Assembly (NCBI GenBank): GCA_002269645.1 | Contig: NIVC01001870.1 | Span: 62,001-126,000, forward strand | Direction: 5' to 3' | DNA: 64,000 nt | DNA from: Macrostomum lignano | Taxonomy: Eukaryota | In this document: in pieces, positions 53,901 to 64,000 of the stretch | Layout of the letters: the number at the start of each line of letters is the position of its first letter | How positions within the stretch are numbered: the first letter of the stretch is position 1 | Notes under the pieces: model-generated | Seen by the model: the letters and a program-made list of their open reading frames with translations, nothing else | What the model was told of the DNA's origin: nothing | Databases searched by the model: none | Made by a program: the position numbers and the translations under genes

Positions 53901-56339
53901 GCATACAGGATGCACACCCCCTGTTGAATATGATATTTTTTATGGAAAATGCACATTATCATCTACCAATTATTTTTAGCATTGGTCAGCACTCATTTTA
54001 GCACTAGGCTAGGCATATAGGCTATATAGGCCTAAGCACTTATTTTAGTACCACAGGCCCTATTTTAGTACCACAGGCACTCATTTTAGTGCCGCAGGTG
54101 CTATGTTTTGTCGCCCTGCAGCAAAAATGCAAAGCAGCAAAAAATAAGAGTAAAAAATAAGCTGAAAGTCTACATTTAGCATTTAATTTGTGGAGGGGTC
54201 AGATACCATTACTGCCCCCCTCCACTTTAAAAAAGTGGGGGCCATGGCCCCACTGTCGCCCCCGTTCCTACGCCTATGACTACTTGTGAAATCGCTGGAG
54301 AACATAAAGTAGACCTATCTAAACAGCGCATGCTATGCAATGCTAATTAGGCCTAACCGACCTGCCATTGTAGGCAAGTTAAAAAAAGTGACGCCGTCGC
54401 CATCTTGGATAAGCAGCAATATAAATATACTGCCATTTTTTTGCTGTTTTTTCAAATACATTAAGAGAAAGAGAATATACCCTTTGTCAAATCGACGTAC
54501 AAATCGTCGTCAAATCGACGTACAATTTTGGCAAAACAACCTTGGGCCCCTAGCTTTGGAACTTTCTGCGAAGTCGTTTTTACTAAATATCAATCTTTAA
54601 AAAGGTTGTTTGGTATAACAAATTGGGAGCAAATGTAAGTCTGTCGCGAGCGGTTTTGATTATGGTTCAGTTGCCGCTTTTTTCAGCTGCAATTGTCAAA
54701 AAATATGATAGGAGCATATACTATACATGACGTACGAAGTACAGACTGTCTGGGATGGCCGACTGCATTCATCATTTGATATGCTTTCAGTAGTATTCGG
54801 CGTATCTGATCTCAGGCCATGCCAATGTCTGCAGGAGTGCGCAGATATGCTTTTAAGTTCGTTACTATGCCTTGCGACTTGATGTATATGTATAGGCTCG
54901 TGTAGCTGTCGATTTTAGATTTTTGGTTCACATGCAAACGCTGGTGAAGATGGCATGCAATACCGACGATGTACCTAGCTATACATACATGAAAGCGATG
55001 CAGAACTGGGATGCTGAACTTTAACCCGTTTCTCTGCTGCTTGAAGTCTGTATATTGCATGTCTCTAGGAGCTAAATCTAAAATGTAAACCATGTAAAAT
55101 AAACTGAGCAGCTTATTCACGCTGGTGGGTGGGTGTAGGTACATATGATAGATAATGTACACTGTACAACAAATTTCAATGTGTAGAACTTTCCACGGAT
55201 TTTTTGCTAGATTGGAAGTTTCAGACCCGTATTCTCGTTTTTTGCTAATGTATATGTCACATGCATTATAGCCACAACTCAGTAACAGTAAGCTTTGCAC
55301 TGAAGTAGACGATTACTCAGAATTGTTAAAATATTTAGACTAACTCCATTCATTGTTTTTACTACATATTGAATTGGTGTTAAACGTGTTTAAAAAGCGT
55401 GTCGAACGTTACGCACCCGTGCCAGTCTGCACACTTGCTAGTTGCCAGTGAACTTTGAAAAAAATCTGGGTTTTTTGAAACTACATGTACGCTCGTATTA
55501 TTATTAGTTTTTTTCAAAAAGGAGTACTTGGAGGAAAACTTTAACAAAGCTAGCTAAAATAAAATGAAACTGAAAAGCTCGTTTTGTAGTATAGATAATT
55601 ATTTGCAACTAATTTAAAGAACTTCGAAGAATGTTTTGAAAAGCAACAGTGCGTTTTAGTGATAGCCGCGTTTTATTTTTGATGGCGATCGAGTGTACAC
55701 AGAACTTTGCGAAATAGCGCCAGCAGGAATCGAATTGTAATGATTGTTGAAATAGTGTAAGTCACTCCTGCAAGGACTACGTCGATTTTGTCATAAAGAT
55801 GGTCGACAAGTCCCAATCGAGACAGGCTTTGAAGAAACGGTCTTTGGTGTTTGACCAAGCGTTACATTAAATTTAAACTCTGAAAAGGGCATATCTTGAC
55901 TTTGCTTTGTGTTAAACTCGGCTGCTAACGTACTCATGCAATGCTTCATTAGTCAAGCCTTCTTTGAAGTGATAACGGAAAGCATCTAATTCGATTGAAT
56001 GGCCTTCATGACACTCGGCCGTCCGTGAGATCTTTTCTATAGTACAATATGTCAAGTGAGCATCATGTCAATGACGTCTCTCTCGTCACCGCCTGAGTGA
56101 TTAAATAACCTAGCTACTACACAGGAACTGCGAAGACTGTGCCAGTGATTAGATCCGCGATTTGGTAGTGTCTTCGGCAACACTGCCTGTGCTTCCAGCA
56201 CATCTCGATCTCGTTTTCATGTACAAGCGTAAAAGCTAGGATCTGAAGACATGCAAAACACAAAAAATTTATGATTTGTTACGATTTTTTGTGAGAAAAG
56301 GGCCAAGATGAATAGGGAATTTTTTTAGATCTCAGTGTT

Positions 56340-57216
56340 CATCGGGGGAATTGCTGAACTTCTGTGGCTCGACCCGATCAAGGCTCACGGGGAAATTGCT
56401 GAGATCTCAAGGCTTACGGGGGGATTGCTGAGATGTCAAGACTCACGGGGAAATTGCTGAGATCTCAAGGCTTACGGGGGGATTGCTGAGATGTCAAGGC
56501 TTATGGGGGAATTGCTGAGATGTCAAGGCTCACGAGGAATTTCTGAGATGTCAAGGCTCACGAGGAATTTCTGAGATGTCAAGGCTCACGAGGAATTGCT
56601 GAGATGTCAAGGCTCACGAGGAATTGCTGAGATGTCAAGGCTCACGAGGAATTGCTGAGATGTCAAGGCTCACGAGGAATTGCTGAGATGTCAAGGCTCA
56701 TGGGGGCATTGCTGAGATGTCAAGGCTCATGGGGGAATTGCTGAGATGTCAAGGCTCATGGGGGAATTGCTGAGATGTCAAGGCTCATGGGGAATTGCTG
56801 AGATGTCAAGGCTTACGGGGGAATTGCTGAGATGTCAAGGCTCACGGGGAAATTGCTGAGATCTCAAGGCTCACGGGAGGATTGCTGAGATGTCAAGGCT
56901 CACGAGGAATTTCTGAGATGTCAAGGCTCACGAGGAATTTCTGAGATGTCAAGGCTCACGAGGAATTGCTGAGATGTCAAGGCTCACGAGGAATTGCTGA
57001 GATGTCAAGGCTCATGGGGGCATTGCTGAGATGTCAAGGCTCATGGGGGGCATTGCTGAGATGTCAAGGCTCATGGGGGAATTGCTGAGATGTCAAGGCT
57101 CATGGGGGAATTGCTGAGATGTCAAGGCTCATGGGGGAATTGCTGAGATGTCAAGGCTCATGGGGGCATTGCTGAGATGTCAAGGCTCATGGGGGAATTG
57201 CTGAGATGTCAAGGCT
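56340..57216. repeat. 28-29-bp minisatellite (ATTGCTGAGATGTCAAGGCTCA[CGAGGA/TGGGGGA])n
   Basis: ~29 units in two variant blocks. Confidence 0.93.
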
Positions 57217-57693
57217 ACGTAGTTTTCGTGTACAAATGGTACACGAAAACTACGTGTACTTTATTCAATTTTCTTGCTAATCCTTTCATTTGGGAGCCCT
57301 GATTGCTAGTCACCATTTGTGTGGCTCCTGTTTTATACTGATAGAAAGATATAATAGGAGAATGTAACGACTTTGCAACGCGACTTTCAGCTGGTTCTCC
57401 ATTTAGCTAATCCAAACAGAAAGTAATCAGAGATTGTAAGAGTTGTAGCACGATCAATGTGTGCATATTTAGTTATGCTAAAAGGCTATATAGATGTGAA
57501 ACTGAAAACGAAAATTTGAAAAACGTATCGAATAAACATTGTGTGTCGCTTGTCTATTTATATAGATTTCCAAATCACTACTACAAAATTGTTAAACATA
57601 AATTAGACAACGATGACTCAGTGCATTCTAACAGTATAGCATTTTAATATAATATAGCTTACGGGATATAAATATAGCATTACTTATACAGGA

Positions 57694-58130
57694 CCCACAG
57701 ATACTAGATGGGCCACTCAGCACATTTGCGTGTCAACTACTTTCAGTTCAGTAGTAAGTTAAAACAGAAAGCATTTTTAATGTATTTTTAAAGCCAAGGC
57801 TCATTTTATTGGCACTTACCCCCAAGCCTAAACCGTCCAACCGCGCCTTTCCACGCTACCCCACGTCCCGCTTCAAATTTTATTGCCCTTCTCGGAATTC
57901 CAGCCTAAAGCTGCCATGTACATTTTAGTGGACTGGCTAATGTACATTATTGCTGAACCAATTAGCAAGTTGTTTACGCCTGCAAGCTTGGGCTTCTCAA
58001 CTTATCAGAGTCGTTTCAGCTGCCTTATTATTATAAAATAGCTTATGTATTCTTCTCTGCTACTGAACTGAAAGTAGAAAGCTGCTTTACTAAGCAAACA
58101 TGCCTATCTAGTTATTCTAGTATCTGTGTG
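57694..58130. mobile_element. Transib-like MITE (437 bp) with bipartite TIRs
   Basis: Terminal 15-bp IR CCCACAGATACTAGA / TCTAGTATCTGTGTG (1 mismatch); 5-bp TSD CAGGA at 57689-57693 and 58131-58135; second perfect 18-bp IR CTACTTTCAGTTCAGTAG at 57737-57754 and 58060-58077; superfamily assignment inferred from CAC end plus 5-bp TSD. Confidence 0.65.
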
Positions 58131-58689
58131 CAGGACTAAATATACGAATTTATCACAGAAAAAAGATTTAATTACTTATTTTTTATTTCAAAAAAATTCT
58201 GCATTATAGAGTCTTAACTAGAAGCTACGCAAAATTCATAAATTAATTTGGAAACCGAATTAATTAACTTATTATAAATATTTGCACGAAACAGATTATC
58301 AAGTCGACAAGCTGAGGTGATATCGGTGATAAAAATGACCGCCAAAATATAACAGACTTTTAAAACAAAATTCGAAGATAGCTCTCAATGAATATTATTG
58401 CACAATCGATGAAAAAAGAGAGAACACACACGATTTTGTTTCACCGCTGTGATCACTAAAATTTGATCATAGCAATTTCATAAAAAATGTAAATAGTTGC
58501 AATACAAATTATGGTCCATAATCATGTCATGCGCCAATATCTACTAATGTACTGTACTTAAGCTGTTGACAATACGCCAAAGAGTACTAAAAGTAAGCTG
58601 AGGATGCGAATTTATCTAATCAAATTTGAACAATTTAGCAAGTTTGAGACCACGAATAAAATTATACATCAGTACAAGGATATCGTTTT

Positions 58690-59370
58690 ACAAAGCTAGG
58701 GTTACTGGTGATGCACCCAGATTGTAGGTTTAGAACACCACGGTGACCAAGGGTTACTGGGATTGCAATCCAGATAGTAGGTTTAGAATACCACGGTGAC
58801 CAAGGGTTACTGGGATTGCAATCCAGATTGTAGGTTTAGAACACCACGGTGACCAAGGGTTACTGGGATTGCAATCCAGATAGTAGGTTTAGAATACCAC
58901 GGTGACCAAGGGTTACTGGGATTGCAATCCAGATTGTAGGTTTAGAACACCACGGCGACCAAGGGTTACTGGGATTGCAATCCAGATTGTAGGTTTAGAA
59001 CACCACGGCGACCAAGGGTTACTGGGATTGCAATCCAGATAGTAGGTTTAGAACACCACTGTGACCAAGGGTTACTGGGATTGCAATCCAGATAGTAGGT
59101 TTAGAATACCACGGTGACCAAGGGTTACTGGGATTGCAATCCAGATTGTAGGTTTAGAACACCACGGCGAGCAAGGGTTACTGGGATTGCAATCCAGATT
59201 GCAGGTTTAGAACACCACGGTGACCAAGGGTTACTGGGATTACAATCCAGATTGTAGGTTTAGAACACCACGGTGACCAAGGGTTACTGGGATTACAATC
59301 CAGATTGTAGGTTTAGAACACCACGGTGACCAAGAGTGACTGGGATGGCAATCCAAAATGAAGGTTCAGA
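58690..59370. repeat. 53-bp minisatellite with internal palindrome GGATTGCAATCC
   Basis: CCAAGGGTTAC at 58747, 58800 and onward (period 53), ~12 units. Confidence 0.93.
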
Positions 59371-59591
59371 ACGCCACGTGGCTAAGATAATTTTCTATCT
59401 TAAACACAATGGTCTCGAAAAAATGATTAGTTGATAAATTGCGGAATAATTCAGATAATAAGCATGGTAGATAAATATTACAGTTTGAACAATAATAAAC
59501 GAAAAACAATAACAACAAAGTGTTATTTTATTTTAAAGGAACAACGTGAAGGAATATTCTAAGCCTACAATATAGTGAATTTAACAGTAAT

Positions 59592-62500
59592 TCAGCCTTT
59601 CAGAACGGCCAAGTACGCCTCGTGCACTCCGGGATAGATTTCAACGTGCCTGGATTTCAAGCTCAAAGTGTAGGCATTAGTCTGCGGCACGATTTTCAGT
59701 TCGGCCAACACTAAAATGCCGTTAGTGAGCTTCACGCACTGGTACAGCATGTCAGTTGATTCAACGCTACGCTTAGCAATGGTGAACACGTTAAATGAGC
59801 GCAGCATAGTGCTGGCCGTGTCCGCATCGTGAGCATAGGAGCCCAGGTTAAACTGGGTCTCATTCTCTGGCGGGATGTCTTTCCAGGTGGACAAAAACAC
59901 GCGCTTGTCCATGTCGCCCTCCTCAGTGAACAGGGCGTACATTGGGATTAGACAGGCAAAGTAGAATATGTCAATGTTGTTCTTCACCGCCACCTGCGCA
60001 TGGGACAGGGAAGCGAAGGGATTAGTGAGGATTTTAAGTGGGATTATCAGCACAATAACACAATGTGCAGCGTCTAACTGTGAATCGATCAGGATGGCGC
60101 CAAATCGATCAGGATGGCGCCAAATCGATCAGGATGTCGCCAAATCGATCAGGATGACGCCAAATCGATCAGGATGGCGCCAAATCGATCAGGATGGCGC
60201 CAAATCGATCAGGATGGCGCCAAATCGATTAGGATGGCGCCAAATCTATCAGAATTACACTGAATCAATTAAGATGGCGCCAAATCTATCAGGATGGTGC
60301 CAAATCTATCAGAATTACACTGAATCAAATAAAGATGGCGCCAAATCGATCAGGATGGCGCCAAATCGATCAGGATGGCGCTAAATCGATCAGAATTACA
60401 CTGAATCAATCAGGATGGAGCCAAATGGATCAAGATGACACCAATTCATTTAGTATGGCGCCAAATAGATCAGGATGGCGCTAAATCTATCAGAATTACA
60501 CTGAATCAATTAAGATGGCGCCAAATCGATCAGAATTACACTGAATCAATCAGGATAGAGCCAAATGGATCAAGATGACACCAATTCATTTAGTTTGGCG
60601 CCAAATCGAGCAGGATGGCGCCAGATCAATCGAGATTGCAAACAATTCAAGCAAGACAATGGACAAAAAACTAAAAATATGGCGCCAAATATGTACCGAA
60701 ATGCAGCTAGTGGCATGGACAGCTCACCTGCAGAGTCAGCAACGGATCCATTTTCTGCACCGGGCCCTTAGTATTCAACGGAAGCAGCGTGGTGACGCTT
60801 TGTTGCGGAGCCAGCGGATTCATGGCCAACGGCTGCGCCGGGGCCAGGCCGAAGCTGTTCTTATTGAACTGCACGGCGAATCCGTTTAACTGTTGCATAG
60901 CGTTATTTCGCAGCCGCAGCTCCATGCTCAGCTGCGGTCCGCGGCGCAGGAATCGGCCTTCAATTTGCAGGCCCTTGCCTTTCTGGGCTGGCAGCCACGT
61001 CTCCATTGGCGGATCGAAGCCGCCGCCTCCGCCCAGGCCGCCGCCGACGCCGCCGCCTAGACCGCCGAAAATGTCGGCTAAAGAGTCGGCGCCGCTGCCG
61101 CCAGCGGCTGCTGAAGCTCCCGATGGTGGTACAGGCGAGGTGGCCGAGGGAGCCGGACCGCCGAGCTGCAATAATTGAGCGCGACATGAAACAAAGTATA
61201 TAACCGTAGATAAAAGTACATAGTGCAACACACGCTACAAAAGGTAGAATACATATGGAACGAAAAGTACACATGTACCAAACAAAAGTACAAATGTACT
61301 AAACAAAAGTACACAATGAACATATACTAAATAAAAGTACAAATGTACTAAATAAAAGTACAAATGTACTAAACAAAAGTACTAACGTACTAAACAAAGG
61401 TGCATTTGTACTTAACAAAAGTACATTGTGCACATGTACTAAACAAAAGGACATGAGCTATTCAAAAGTATAAAAGTTTAACAGAGCTTCTTGTATAAAT
61501 TTATCGCACAAAAAATATTTTATAAGCTCAAACTTATGAGCGTCTTTTTTACTTAAAACTATACTGGTAGTAGTATAAGTACAGATTGATGAGAAATTAC
61601 ATTAACTGTATGGGACATAAAGCAGACAGGAGGTGCACAGAAGGTCAAACAGACCCAGCCACTCTCCCGCCTCCATCTGATCCCAACTATCAAATTATTA
61701 ATAGCAATTTAGTCCCGCTAGCGAAGCTCGTCACTAACATTTTGCTTGAGAGCGTCGACAAAGACAAGCACTTATTGCGGGACAAAGACTGTAAAAACTT
61801 AATTAAGATTCTCGGCGAGAGTATATGGTGATTCCCAGTGAGATTATGGGAGATTCTTAGCGAGATTATATGGATATTCTTAGAGATTCTCAGTGAGATT
61901 ATAGAGATTCTCAGTGAGATTATAGGGAGATTCTTAGCGAGATTATATAAGAGATTCTCAGTGAGATTATATAGGAGATTTTCAGTGAGATTATAAAGAC
62001 ATTTTAAGTGTGATTTAGGGATATTTTTAGAGATATTAAATAGGGAGACATTCAGCGAGATCATAGCGAGATTCTCAATGAGATTATAGAGAGATTCTCC
62101 TTGAAACTATATTGAGATTCTTAGGGCGAGATTCTATTGAATATTCTCAGTTTCTCAGGGAGATGCTATACTGCTAGGACTGTTCTCACTAAGATACAGG
62201 TAGATACTCAGTCAGACGCAATCGCCGCTGACTCACCAGCGAGTCCAGTCCCTCGCCAAGCAGATCCACGGGCTGCTGATTCGTAGAGGCAGAGGCGGCA
62301 GCCATGGCGGCGGCGGCGGTGGCCCCGCCAGACATGTCAATATCCAGCAGGTCCCCAATCAGCGACTCCTGCGTCGGTATGACACTGACGGCGGGCCGTC
62401 CGGGAGCTCCGGTGCCGGCGCCAAAGTCGCCACCACCAGCACCAGCGGCGGCGGCAGCGGCTCCGCCAGCTTCAGCGGCCAGCCGGGACGGCAAGCCTTT

Positions 62501-62665
62501 GGTCGCCTTGGCAACCTGGCCGCCGCCACGACCGTCAACGAAAGCAGCGGGCGGCTTGTGATAGACGGACGCCAGGCTGCCAATGTGGCAGATCAGCTCG
62601 TCGAGCAGGTTCGGTTCCAGCAGGTCCGTCTCCTCGCTGATCAGCGGCTTCTCGGCGAGGACAAC
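59592..62665 (-). CDS. AP2B1: AP-1/AP-2 complex beta subunit (beta-adaptin), last three exons; 5' part lies beyond the window
   Basis: Exons 62665-62237 ([39 protein letters not shown]...LIGDLLD), 61165-60728 ([10 protein letters not shown]...[14 protein letters not shown]...MDPLLTLQ), 59993-59592 ([12 protein letters not shown]...[10 protein letters not shown]...VLAELKI); all phase 0, GT-AG; trunk end, hinge and appendage of beta-adaptin; AP1B1 versus AP2B1 not separable. Confidence 0.95.
60080..60620. repeat. 20-bp minisatellite (GGATGGCGCCAAATCGATCA)n with longer derived units
   Basis: Last intron of beta-adaptin. Confidence 0.88.
61255..61450. repeat. 21-bp repeat (AAAAGTACAAATGTACTAAAC)n
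   Basis: ~8 degenerate units. Confidence 0.75.
61835..62165. repeat. ~20-bp degenerate repeat (GAGATTCTCAGTGAGATTATA)n
   Basis: Recurrent GAGATT motifs. Confidence 0.7.
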
Positions 62666-62734
62666 CTGCGGCGATGGTTGACGGGGCGGGGTCCGATTTG
62701 CGCTACTTTGAGGCTGTCTGAGCTAGTGCTTATC

Positions 62735-63740
62735 TGAGGGGAATATTAGTGCTATCTGATGGGAATTTTAGTGCTACCCGAGGAGAATTTTAGTGCTACC
62801 TGAGTGGAATGTTAGTGTTAGCTGCAGGGGAATGTTGTGTTAGCTGAGTGGAATGTTAGTGTTAGCTGCAGGGGAATGTTGTGTTAGCTGAGTGGAATGT
62901 TAGTGTTAGCTGCAGGGGAATGTTGTGTTAGCTGAGGGGAATGTTGTGTTAGCTGCAGGGGAATGTTGTGTTAGCTGAGGGGAATGTTAGTGTTAGCTGC
63001 AGGGGAATGTTGTGTTAGCTGAGTGGAATGTTAGTGTTAGCTGCAGGGGAATGTTAGTGTTAGCTGCAGGGGAATGTTGTGTCAGCTGAGGGGAATGTTG
63101 TGTCAGCTGAGGGGAATGTTAGTGTTAGCTGCAGGGGAATGTTGTGTTAGCTGAGGGGAATGTTGTGTCAGCTGAGGGGAATGTTAGTGTTAGCTGCAGG
63201 GGAATGTTAGTGTTAGCTGCAGGGGAATGTTGTGTTAGCTGAGTGGAATGTTAGTGTTAGCTGCAGGGGAATGTTAGTGTTAGCTGCAGGGGAATGTTGT
63301 GTCAGCTGAGGGGAATGTTGTGTCAGCTGAGGGGAATGTTAGTGTTAGCTGCAGGGGAATGTTGTGTTAGCTGAGGGGAATGTTGTGTCAGCTGAGGGGA
63401 ATGTTAGTGTTAGCTGCAGGGGAATGTTAGTGTTAGCTGCAGGGGAATGTTGTGTCAGCTGAGGGGAATGTTGTGTCAGCTGAGGGGAATGTTAGTGTTA
63501 GCTGCAGGGGAATGTTAGTGTTAGCTGCAGGGGAATGTTGTGTCAGCTGAGGGGAATGTTAGTGCTAGCTGAGGGGAATGTTAGTGTTAGCTGCAGGGGA
63601 ATGTTAGTGTTAGCTGCAGGGGAATGTTAGTGTTAGCTGCAGGGGAATGTTAGTGTTAGCTGCAGGGGAATGTTGTGTCAGCTGAGGGGAATGTTAGTGC
63701 TACATGAGGGGAATTTAGTGCTACCTGAGGGGAATGATAG
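62735..63740. repeat. ~21-23-bp minisatellite (AGTGTTAGCTGCAGGGGAATGTT and variants)
   Basis: ~45 units in beta-adaptin intron. Confidence 0.92.
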
Positions 63741-63764
63741 TGCTGAGGGGAGTCCTACACAGCC

Positions 63765-64000
63765 ACATGAAGGGCCTGAAGGACATACTTAAGAGCCTAC
63801 TTAAGGGCTTACTTGAGAGCCACCTGAAGGAAATACATAAGAGCGACCCGAAGGACCTGAAGGGCATGTTTGATTGAGAGCCACCTGAAGTGAATACATA
63901 AGAGCGACCCGAAGGACCTGAAGGGCATGTTTGATTGAGAGCCACCTGAAGTGAATACATAAGAGCGACCCGAAGGACCTGAAGGGCATGTTTGATTGAG
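63765..64000. repeat. 61-bp tandem repeat, runs off the window end
   Basis: GAGCGACCCG at 63841, 63902, 63963. Confidence 0.88.

Noticed and set aside
54240-54280. hAT-MITE-like right end (CCTACGCCTATG)
   Set aside because: No matching left TIR or TSD was found.
58690-59370. CRISPR-like array (palindromic repeat units)
   Set aside because: There are no unique spacers, the context is eukaryotic, and there are no cas genes.

Overview
Eukaryotic (animal) genomic DNA with GC-rich, GT-AG spliced exons separated by introns packed with tandem repeats. This style suggests a repeat-rich invertebrate such as the flatworm Macrostomum, which is inference only. Six host genes were reconstructed by hand from splice phases: a 9-exon fibulin-like cbEGF protein (+), two uncharacterised multi-exon genes that converge near 14 kb, a tandem-C2 synaptotagmin-like gene (+), an 8-exon choline transporter-like SLC44 gene (-), and the last three exons of the AP-1/AP-2 beta adaptin (-). 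Mobile DNA includes two diverged Gypsy (Mag-like) LTR retrotransposons, a solo LTR, two tRNA-derived SINE families, two hAT-type MITEs, a long-TIR MITE and a Transib-like MITE. The standout observation is that the two Gypsy elements (one intact, one decayed) sit head-to-head in the same 24-bp minisatellite. Both are at the identical position of the repeat unit, the centre of the palindrome TCCC-T-GGGA, and both have the same CCTGG target-site duplication. This suggests a lineage of minisatellite-targeting LTR retrotransposons. All coordinates were counted by hand; no searches were run.
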